From positions 4,016-68,015 of the forward strand of contig JBEKSY010000014.1 of NCBI GenBank assembly GCA_049516595.1: a stretch of DNA of 64,000 nt. Direction: 5' to 3'. Positions 54,744-62,843 of this stretch are shown here, in pieces (position 1 is the first letter of the stretch; each line of letters starts with the position of its first letter). The position numbers and the translations under genes were made by a program. The stretch comes from Anaerolineales bacterium (GTDB taxonomy: Bacteria > Chloroflexota > Anaerolineae > Anaerolineales > RBG-16-64-43). Below the pieces are notes generated by a model that saw only the letters and a list, made by a program, of their open reading frames with translations, was not told where the DNA came from and did no database searches.

Positions 54744-56084
54744 ATGCCTGACTGGAGGATGCGCGTGTCACCTGGTTTCACCTTTCAAGTCGATGACAGG
54801 GTGAGCTTGACTTTCCGGATTCTCAATGAGCTGGTCAGCGACAAGCCGGCTCTCCGCGTGAGTTTCCGCCTTTGGAACGGGAGCCTGTGGCCAGATGATG
54901 CCTCCCGCCAGGCAACGCTGGTGCTCAAGCATCCGGGCGCGCTGCGGGCGATCTTCCTGCCTGGCACTGAACTGGGGATGGGGGAAGCCTATCTCTACGA
55001 TGATTTCGACATCGAGGGCGATGTTGAACAGGTCCTTGCTCTTGCCGACGCCCTCTCTCAGGCCAAGTCCGGCCTCCTGAAGAAACTCCGTCTGGCCCGG
55101 GAACTGGTGAAGTTGCCCAAGGCGGAGACAAACCGACCCCGATCGAGTCGGCGCGGCCCGGCCCGGCTGGCCGGACGGCCGCATTCGCTGGCCCGCGACC
55201 GCCAAGCCGTGACCTATCACTACGACGTTTCCAATGATTTCTACGCCTTGTGGCTCGACCGGCGCTTGATCTATTCGTGCGCCTATTTCTTATCGCCTGG
55301 GGATGACCTGGACACGGCCCAGGAGCAGAAGCTGGAATACCTCTGCCGCAAGTTGCGCCTGCGCCCGGGCCAGCGTTTGCTGGACATCGGCTGCGGGTGG
55401 GGCGGTCTAGTGATGTACGCCGCCCAAAGCTGCGGGGTGGACGCGACCGGGATCACCCTCAGTCAGCCTCAGGCCGATCTGGCGCAGGAGCGAATTCGGG
55501 CCGCGGGTCTCTCGGGCCGCTGTCGGGTCGTAGTGCGAGACTACCGGGAAATGGATGAACCGGAAAGCTTCGATGCCATGGTCAGCGTTGGGATGTTCGA
55601 GCACGTCGGCGCCGCCATGCTGCCGACCTACTTTGCCAGGGCGTATCGCCTGCTGAAACCGCAGGGGGTGTTTCTCAACCATGGAATTGCCTGCCGCTCG
55701 GCCGATGCCGGCCCTCAGGGCGGGGCGAGTTTCAGCCAGGCCTACGTCTTCCCCGACGGCGAACTGGAGCCCATTAATGTGCCCCTGCGGGCGGCTGAAG
55801 ACAGCCACTTTGAAGTGCGCGACGTGGAAAGCCTGCGCGAACACTATGCGCTCACGCTTCGCCAGTGGGTAAGGCGCCTGGAAGCGCATCACACACAAGC
55901 GCTTGGCTGGGTGGACGAACCCACCTACCGGACCTGGAGGCTTTTCATGGCCGCCTCAGCCTACGGGTTTTCCTCGGGGCGGCTCAACGTTTATCAAACC
56001 CTGCTGGTCAAACCGGATGAGGGTGGGCGAAGCGCTCTCCCCCTGACCCGGTCCGACTGGTATCGATCCGCAAAGCCCGGGTGA
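54744..56084 (+). CDS. cyclopropane-fatty-acyl-phospholipid synthase family SAM-dependent methyltransferase
   Basis: YDVSNDFY..WLD....YSCAYF and SAM motif LLDIGCGWGG, then MFEHVG and a C-terminal ...REHYALTLRQW typical of the CMAS family. The start is uncertain: ATG at 54744 or TTG at 54678. Confidence 0.88.
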   Translation: MPDWRMRVSPGFTFQVDDRVSLTFRILNELVSDKPALRVSFRLWNGSLWPDDASRQATLVLKHPGALRAIFLPGTELGMGEAYLYDDFDIEGDVEQVLALADALSQAKSGLLKKLRLARELVKLPKAETNRPRSSRRGPARLAGRPHSLARDRQAVTYHYDVSNDFYALWLDRRLIYSCAYFLSPGDDLDTAQEQKLEYLCRKLRLRPGQRLLDIGCGWGGLVMYAAQSCGVDATGITLSQPQADLAQERIRAAGLSGRCRVVVRDYREMDEPESFDAMVSVGMFEHVGAAMLPTYFARAYRLLKPQGVFLNHGIACRSADAGPQGGASFSQAYVFPDGELEPINVPLRAAEDSHFEVRDVESLREHYALTLRQWVRRLEAHHTQALGWVDEPTYRTWRLFMAASAYGFSSGRLNVYQTLLVKPDEGGRSALPLTRSDWYRSAKPG

Positions 56085-56166
56085 GGTCCGCCCCCTGCAG
56101 GAAGGCTCGCGGTCGGCCTAGCGCAGGCGCCGCGCACACGCGCTACTCGGTGGGGAATCACGGACC

Positions 56167-57081
56167 TTACCGGATCGGGAGCCGAAGGGTGATAACAGTT
56201 CCCTGGCCGACACGGCTGCGCAGGAACACCTGACCGCGGTGGCGTTCGGCGATCGCTCTGACCAGGGCCAACCCAAGCCCGCTTCCCGGAGTGCCGCGCG
56301 CATTTTCGCCCCGAAAAAGCTCTTCCCAGACCATGGGCATATCCCGATCGGGGATTCCCTGCCCGGTGTCGGCTACTTCCACAACCACGCTCGGGTTGTC
56401 TTCGAAAGCGCGCAGCTCGATCGTGTTCCCTGGGAGGGTGAACTTCAGGGCGTTATCCGCCAGGTTGTGAAACATCAGAAACAAAAGGTCGCGATCGCCG
56501 GGGACCGCGGGCAGTGGCCAAGGGGCCTGAGGCAGAATAAAGCTGATGTGTCTCCCGGCCGCCTCGGGCCGCTTCTCGGTTTCGGTAACGACTTCCTGCA
56601 GCAGGTTGCCGATATCCACCGGACTGCGGTCCAGCGGGCGAGTCTCTAGTTCGGACAGCTTGCGAAGATCACTGAGGAGGTTGCTGAGCCGCGCCGTTTG
56701 AATTTCCAGGCCCGCGAGGACATCCTGCTGGTCCGGTGCGACAGCCGTGCCGCCCAGGTTTGCCAGTCCGGCCCGGATGGCCATCAATGGGTTCTTGAGT
56801 TCATGATCCAATCTGCGCAGGAATCCGCGGCGCTCATTGGTCGCCTCGACTTGAATCCGGTTGTGGAATGCCCGTTGCTTGCCCTCGGCCCGGCTCCACC
56901 ACAGCCACCCCATGCCAACGCCGAACGCCAAAAGCAAGCCTGCCAACCCAGCCAGAGTGCCGAGGTCTGCCCGCAGATAGACCACTTCGCTGGGCAGCCA
57001 ACCAAGCCGGAAAGCGGCAGCCAGAAGCAGACTCAAGACAGCTGGCAGGACCGAAACCCACCCCCACCGCACGGGCCTCAT
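56167..57081 (-). CDS. sensor histidine kinase
   Basis: Two N-terminal TM segments, H-box FLRRLDHELKNPL, N-box NLADNALKF, and G-boxes DTGQGI / GSGLGLALV. The ATG at 57081 overlaps the regulator stop (ATGA). Confidence 0.88.
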   Translation of the reverse strand: MRPVRWGWVSVLPAVLSLLLAAAFRLGWLPSEVVYLRADLGTLAGLAGLLLAFGVGMGWLWWSRAEGKQRAFHNRIQVEATNERRGFLRRLDHELKNPLMAIRAGLANLGGTAVAPDQQDVLAGLEIQTARLSNLLSDLRKLSELETRPLDRSPVDIGNLLQEVVTETEKRPEAAGRHISFILPQAPWPLPAVPGDRDLLFLMFHNLADNALKFTLPGNTIELRAFEDNPSVVVEVADTGQGIPDRDMPMVWEELFRGENARGTPGSGLGLALVRAIAERHRGQVFLRSRVGQGTVITLRLPIR

Positions 57082-57776
57082 GGACGCACCTCGACCTTGG
57101 CGATGAATCGGTAGCCCTCGCCGGGAACCGTCTCGATGTAGGTGGGCGTCGAAGCGTCGTCGCCCAGCGCCCGGCGGAGCTCGGCGATGCGGGTATCCAC
57201 TGTGCGGGTCCCGACTGGATAGTCCCACCCCCAGACCGATTCGAGCAACCTCTCGCGCCTTATGAGCTCGTCGGGATGAATCATCAGAAACTCGAGCAAC
57301 GAGACGGCTTTGGGTGTGAGACTCAATTCCTGGTCGTCCAGGACGACGCGGTGAGCCCGACGATCCAGGATTAATCGACCGGAGTCCAACTGCCAGGAGG
57401 CCGCCAGGGGGGGCTGTCCAGGACGGGCCCGGCGCAGCACCGACCGGATGCGTGCGACCAACTCAAGCGGGTCAAAGGGCTTGTTGATGTAGTCGTCGGC
57501 GCCCTCCTCGAGCGCCATGGCCCGCTCGCCGGCCTCGCCGACTTGGGTCAGAAGAATGACCGGAGTCCAATCGCCAGATTCTCGCAGGCGGCGCAGGACC
57601 TGGCGGCCGTCCATCCTGGGCATCAGGACGTCCAGGATGATCAGATCGGGGTGGGATTGGCCCGCCAGTTCCAAGGCTTGGATCCCGTCGTCGGCCACAC
57701 GCACCGCAAATCCAGAGCGTTCTAGGAAAGGGGCGAGGTTCACGGTGATGGCGGTTTCATCATCGACGAGCAGCAA
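57078..57776 (-). CDS. OmpR-family response regulator
   Basis: Receiver domain (LLVDDE...DLIILDVLMP..DG) plus a winged-helix C-terminus (LTPKAVSLLEFL...GYRF). TTG start as in the track; the exact start is uncertain. Confidence 0.9.
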   Translation of the reverse strand: MLLVDDETAITVNLAPFLERSGFAVRVADDGIQALELAGQSHPDLIILDVLMPRMDGRQVLRRLRESGDWTPVILLTQVGEAGERAMALEEGADDYINKPFDPLELVARIRSVLRRARPGQPPLAASWQLDSGRLILDRRAHRVVLDDQELSLTPKAVSLLEFLMIHPDELIRRERLLESVWGWDYPVGTRTVDTRIAELRRALGDDASTPTYIETVPGEGYRFIAKVEVRP

Positions 57777-58452
57777 GTGGGGAGAAGTGTCCTTGACAAT
57801 CGTAGAAGTCTTCCTTGCGCAGCGTAAGGGTGCCGGCGCCTCGACAAAGCGCGAGGCGGGTTAGGACCTCCATTTTACTTGGGATCGGCCACCTGCCTCC
57901 GGCCTCGCCCATCGAGCGAATGAAATCCCGCGTAATGCGGAGACTCCAGGGGGGATTGACCTCACCTCTTTCAAGTTTCTGCCCGTCCCTGGGGAGGTGC
58001 AAGACTTACTTGGCCCTCCGTTAGGTGGTTGTCGGTTGCCGAGGACAGGTGCGGATGGCCAACCCCCGAAGCGCCCTGGCATGGCTGAATTGCTTGGGCG
58101 GTCGGCGCGTTGCCAGGTTGAGCTAGGTCCTGCGCCAATTGTCGACGGCCTCTGCCGGATTTGAGCATCTATTCTGCCTGCCCACCGAGACCTGGCACCC
58201 AGGCGGCCCGGCTCGTTGAGGCGGAATTCCTCAAAAGAGGAGCCGTGCCCGGGTCGGCCAGCGTGATTTCTATGGTTCGAGGGCGGGCTTTGCCCGTCGG
58301 GCCACGAGAAGAGACTTGGTTGCCGCTGATTGCCGGTTACAAGACCGACATCTATCTGACACAGGCCTGTGACGCCGATTCGGCCGCCTCTTGGTAGACT
58401 GAGGGGCGCAGATCAAGACGACCAGACACCTGCACTTTTCGAAGAGGCTCGA

Positions 58453-59091
58453 ATGAAGACCATTCCTGTTATTTTCCTTGGGACTTTCCTTGTCCTATCC
58501 TTGTCGGCCTGCGGGACGTTCGAGGTGGGGGTGGAAAACACGAACACGATCGTGGTGGGTCCTACGGTGGTGCCGACGACGGTCTCGGTCCTGACCGTTG
58601 CACCTAGTGCGCCGCCACCCGCCACGGTCCCGCCGACCGCGGTCCCACCCTGGACGCCCCCGCCTGCCGCCAGTCCGACACCGCAGGAGATGAGCCTGCA
58701 AGTATTCCTGATCGCTGTCGGGGACAACGGGGTCTCCGGCAAGAAGATCGGTTGCGGCGACAGCGCCGTCCCCGTTCAACTGGAGGTCCCGTACACGGTC
58801 GGTGTGCTGAGGGCATCGCTCGGCGCGCTGTTCTCGATCAAAGGGAGAGACTATGGGGAGTCTGGGCTATACAACGCCCTCTACCAATCCAATCTGCAGG
58901 TGCAGAACGTGAACCTGCAAAATGGAAAGGCGCTCGTCTACCTGACCGGGACCCTGCAGCTGGGTGGAGAATGCGACACCCCGAGGGTAAAGGCCCAGAT
59001 CGAAGAAACGGCTCTCCAGTTTTCAACCGTGAGTCAGGTGGAAATCTTTCTGAATGGCCAACCGTTGGATCAGGCCCTTTCTTTGAAATAG
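58453..59091 (+). CDS. GerMN domain-containing lipoprotein
   Basis: Signal/lipobox MKTIPVIFLGTFLVLSLSAC, a Pro/Thr/Val-rich linker, then a GerMN-like domain (LQVFLIAVGDNG...CG.S.VPV...). Confidence 0.8.
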   Translation: MKTIPVIFLGTFLVLSLSACGTFEVGVENTNTIVVGPTVVPTTVSVLTVAPSAPPPATVPPTAVPPWTPPPAASPTPQEMSLQVFLIAVGDNGVSGKKIGCGDSAVPVQLEVPYTVGVLRASLGALFSIKGRDYGESGLYNALYQSNLQVQNVNLQNGKALVYLTGTLQLGGECDTPRVKAQIEETALQFSTVSQVEIFLNGQPLDQALSLK

Positions 59092-59128
59092 ATCGTGCCA
59101 TCGGCGAAAGGGCAAGGGCCTGGGGCCG

Positions 59129-59154
59129 GGACGCCCATGCGCGCGTCCGGTTTT
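59129..59154 (+). terminator. possible terminator downstream of GerMN lipoprotein gene
   Basis: GGACGC (59129-34) / GCGTCC (59143-48) with an 8-nt loop, then GG and TTTT (59151-54). Confidence 0.35.
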
Positions 59155-59218
59155 CGGCTGCGCGCAAACCATTCTCAAGCCCCGCGAAGGGTAAAACTTG
59201 CCCTGTCCAGCGGCCGGG

Positions 59219-61657
59219 TCAGCGCAATTCTGCTTCTGCCCCCATCACGGCATGCACGATGTGAGGCCCACCCATTCGGTCCGGCGGGACGACATTCCCC
59301 TCGATCGCACGGCCGTCCAGGCGGACGGACACGACGCCCCGGCAAACGTGAAGGGGGTTTTCCACCGAGATCTCATACCGCGCGCCCCGGAACCTGCGGG
59401 TCATCTGGAAACCGTTCCAGGCGTGGGGAATGCAAGGGTTGATCTCCAGGCCGTTGTATGTGGCACGGACCCCAAGGATGTGCTGGGTGGCGGCCTGATA
59501 GGCCCACGACGCCGTGCCCGAGAGCCAGCTGTTGCGGGCCAGTCCAAACTGCGGATGTTCGTCGCCCAAGATGTTTTGGGCGTAGACGTACGGCTCGCAC
59601 TCGTAGATCTCAATCAGGTCATTGCGCGCGGCCGGATTGATCTCGGAATAGTATTCAAAGGCGCGATCGCCGTTGCCCAGGATCGTTTCCGCGATGACCG
59701 CCCACGGATTGGGATGCAAGAAGATGCCGCCGTTTTCCTTGGTGCCGGGTGGAAAGGTCGTCACGCCCCCGTACTGGGGGTCGAACCCGTTGTAACTGGG
59801 TGCGGCAAGCTTGATACCGAATCTCGTGTTCAACCTCCCATAGACGGCGTCCATCGCCTTTCGGGCGCGATCAGGGGATGCAAAACCTGAGATGACCGGC
59901 CAGGATTGGCCGTTGAGATAGATCTGCGCGTATGTGTTCTTCGAAGAGCCGAGAGGGGTTCCCTCCTCGTCGAAATAGCGGACATACCATTCGCCGTCCC
60001 AGGCGGTGGCCTCCACGATGGAGCGCATGCGCTCGTACGCGGCGCGGTATTCCTCGGCCAGGGAAACCTCCCCCAGGTGCTCAAGCAGCGCGATCATCTC
60101 CAGGAGAGCCTTCCCGTACAAGTTGGCGGTGAAGAGGGATTCGGATCCGGCCGGCAGATTGACCGTGTCGTTCCAGTCGGCGAATCCGAGCCGGGGCAGG
60201 CCGTGCTGGCCGACATCGCGGGCGGTAAAGGCCAGGCCGCGCTTCATGTGCTCAAGCACGGTGCCTGGCTCCGGCACCCGGTCGGGTTCGCCCTTCCCAT
60301 AGAAGGGGACGACCTCCTCGATCAGAGCAAGGCCCCCCGTCTCCTTCAGGTAGGCCGTGACCGCCAGGAGGGTCCAGAGGTGGTCATCGCTGTAATAGTG
60401 CGGGCGGTCCGGCCTCTCCAGCGAGTCGCCGCAACTGGCTTCCCGGGTGAGCGGATTGAACTGGTGCATCGCGGAGCCGTCCTGCACTTGGAAGGACAGA
60501 AGGTTGAGCAGGAGGGTTCGCGCCTCACCGGGAACGGAGGCCATCACCGCCATCACGTCCTGCGACGAGTCGCGGATGCCGATGCCACGCGAGCCCAATC
60601 CGAGTTGATAGTAGGAGAGATAGCGGGACCAGGTCGTGGTGACGTAGCACTGGCGCGGATTGTAGACGTTGAGCATGGCGCTCATGCCCGGGTCCGGCGT
60701 AGTGACTTGCAGGGCCGAGAGGTACCTCTCCCAGAAGACGCGCAGCCTCCCCAGTTCCGCCTCGACCTGCTCGGGATCCCGGAAGCGCCGAATCTCCGGG
60801 AGGGCCTCCTCCACGCTGCGGGATTGGCCGAGCTGGGTGATCAGACGGCGCGTCGCGCCAGGCGGCAGCGTCCCCAGAGGATGAAGCAAAGCGGCGAGGT
60901 TGTCTCCGCGCAAGGCGAGCGAGTTGCCCAGCTCGGGTTGAAGAAGACTCCGGGGGGTCTGGAAGCTGCCGTATTCATTGTCGCCCAGAAAACGTTTGCG
61001 GTCGGTCTCAAAGGACGAGGGCCGCCGGTTGGAGGTAAGGTAGTTGACCCGGGTGTCCCGATACATGAAAGGGTACTGAATCAAGATGAGCAGATCCCCG
61101 TCTTGAATCATCTGGCTTTGCATGGTCTGCGGAACCCAGTCCGCGTTGGTGAACTGGCGGAGGGCGTCGGGATGGGTGTACTCAACCACGGGGATCGCGT
61201 CGACCGCAACCGGGGCGGCGCGGAGATTCGTGACCTGGATGTCTCGCAGTTCGCAATGGGCGCCGAGCGGCACAAAGATGGTGCAGTCTGTGCGCAGGCC
61301 CTGGCACTCCGTCACGAGGCGCGTGTAACCCAGGCCGACATGGCATTCGAAGCGCTCAAGAACCCCGAGCCCGGGGACCAAGAAGGGGGCGAGCACGGAG
61401 TATCCGCCTTGTGCAGGAACCCGCAAGTAGAGCGTCTCGCCTTTGAAGTCGGAACTGGGCGTCTGCTGAATGTACTTGGTGATCCGATTGAAGGTGGGAT
61501 CGTCCCTGCAAATCAGAGCGCCCCCGGTGTGATCGACAAACCCGCCGAACGAACGCGTGCCGATGTAGTTGATCCACTTGACCGGAGTGTGTGGGTCGGT
61601 GATGACGTACTCGCGGCGAAGTTCGTCGAAGAAACCGTATTGCATGGCCAAGCTCAC
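59219..61657 (-). CDS. GH94 glycoside phosphorylase (cellobiose / chitobiose phosphorylase-like)
   Basis: MQYGFFDELRREYVITDPHTPVKWINYIGT... N-terminus and a length of about 810 aa are typical of GH94 cellobiose phosphorylase. The GTG at 61657 overlaps the GH5 stop (GTGA). The ATG at 61645 is an equally plausible start. Confidence 0.9.
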   Translation of the reverse strand: MSLAMQYGFFDELRREYVITDPHTPVKWINYIGTRSFGGFVDHTGGALICRDDPTFNRITKYIQQTPSSDFKGETLYLRVPAQGGYSVLAPFLVPGLGVLERFECHVGLGYTRLVTECQGLRTDCTIFVPLGAHCELRDIQVTNLRAAPVAVDAIPVVEYTHPDALRQFTNADWVPQTMQSQMIQDGDLLILIQYPFMYRDTRVNYLTSNRRPSSFETDRKRFLGDNEYGSFQTPRSLLQPELGNSLALRGDNLAALLHPLGTLPPGATRRLITQLGQSRSVEEALPEIRRFRDPEQVEAELGRLRVFWERYLSALQVTTPDPGMSAMLNVYNPRQCYVTTTWSRYLSYYQLGLGSRGIGIRDSSQDVMAVMASVPGEARTLLLNLLSFQVQDGSAMHQFNPLTREASCGDSLERPDRPHYYSDDHLWTLLAVTAYLKETGGLALIEEVVPFYGKGEPDRVPEPGTVLEHMKRGLAFTARDVGQHGLPRLGFADWNDTVNLPAGSESLFTANLYGKALLEMIALLEHLGEVSLAEEYRAAYERMRSIVEATAWDGEWYVRYFDEEGTPLGSSKNTYAQIYLNGQSWPVISGFASPDRARKAMDAVYGRLNTRFGIKLAAPSYNGFDPQYGGVTTFPPGTKENGGIFLHPNPWAVIAETILGNGDRAFEYYSEINPAARNDLIEIYECEPYVYAQNILGDEHPQFGLARNSWLSGTASWAYQAATQHILGVRATYNGLEINPCIPHAWNGFQMTRRFRGARYEISVENPLHVCRGVVSVRLDGRAIEGNVVPPDRMGGPHIVHAVMGAEAELR

Positions 61658-62691
61658 CGGCGGGAAATGATGGCGATCAGCTCCTGGCTGACAACCTGCC
61701 CGCCCTCGTCCACCAGGCCGAAATCCATGGCCTTGTAGGTCCAGTAGGCGCGGCCGATCCCGAATCCGTGCAGCAGATCAATCAGGTCTCGAGTCCAGTT
61801 CAGGCGAGTGGTCAGGTCGGCTTGCTCGTAGACGCCGAACTCGCCGCAATAGACCGGCTGGTTCGTGCGCAGGGAGAAGTCCAAGCACGGTTGGAGTTCA
61901 GATTGGAGGTACCAGCAGTCGAATCGTTTTCCGACCTCGGCTCCCAGTCGATCGCGGTGCTCGGGGTGGGCCTGCAGGAAAGCCTCCAAGCCGGGCGCAA
62001 ATCCCGGGTAGTCGATCGGGCGGTCATACTCCACCAGAGCCTGGATCCAGGGCGCTTTCTGGTGGGTCACGACCAGGGGGGCGTAGAAGTGGAACGTGAA
62101 GAGGATGTTCGGATCGGGAGTGACTTCCAGGCTGCTCAGCTGGCCGGGCGCATTGTAACGGTTGGCTCCGATGACGATCAATCGCTGAGCATCCTCCTTG
62201 CGGATCATCGCCACGGCCCGTCGAACCAACGCGTTCCAGGGATCGCTGGTGGGCAGGAAAACTTCATTGAGCAGTTCAAAGGCCAGCCCGTCCTCCATCT
62301 GAGCGCAGAAACGGTGGGTCATGGTATGCCAGAGCGCCAGAAAGCGTTCTTGCAGGGCGGGGCTCCCGAAGAGCAGGCTTTCAACCGGGGCTTCGAAGGT
62401 GTAGCCGGGTGCTTTGTGAAGGTCGAGGATGACGCGCAGCCCGTTTTCCTGGCACCAATCCAGGCAGGATTCAACGTATCCCAATCCGCTCTCACTGGAA
62501 ACACCCGCCCGAGGCTCGTCCTGGAGCAGGGGGTAATCGACTGGCAGTCGGATGTGATCAAACCCCCAGCCGGCAATCCGTTTGATGTCCTCGGCGGTGA
62601 TGAAGGAATCAAAGTGCCGCTGGTCGCTAGTCGGGTATTGTGATAACCACCCGCCTAGATTCACCCCGACTTGAAGTTTCTCCCGATCCAT
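61654..62691 (-). CDS. glycoside hydrolase family 5 (cellulase-like), no signal peptide
   Basis: GVNLGGWL...GFDHIRLPV, a LLNE catalytic acid/base context (FELLNEV) and GEFG nucleophile context (YCGEFGV). The N-terminus MDREKLQVGVN is not hydrophobic. Confidence 0.88.
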   Translation of the reverse strand: MDREKLQVGVNLGGWLSQYPTSDQRHFDSFITAEDIKRIAGWGFDHIRLPVDYPLLQDEPRAGVSSESGLGYVESCLDWCQENGLRVILDLHKAPGYTFEAPVESLLFGSPALQERFLALWHTMTHRFCAQMEDGLAFELLNEVFLPTSDPWNALVRRAVAMIRKEDAQRLIVIGANRYNAPGQLSSLEVTPDPNILFTFHFYAPLVVTHQKAPWIQALVEYDRPIDYPGFAPGLEAFLQAHPEHRDRLGAEVGKRFDCWYLQSELQPCLDFSLRTNQPVYCGEFGVYEQADLTTRLNWTRDLIDLLHGFGIGRAYWTYKAMDFGLVDEGGQVVSQELIAIISRR

Positions 62692-62843
62692 CGATCCTTC
62701 CCCGGACCTGAGGCTGAAGTCCGTGGCTTACAACCCCAGTTGGGGGCTGCCAGTCCCGGTCAAGGGCCTGATCCGTACCGTGGGACCCCAGCGGAGTTCC
62801 TGCCCATCGTGGGGATGACATTCCCCCTCGGCCATCGGCCCAG

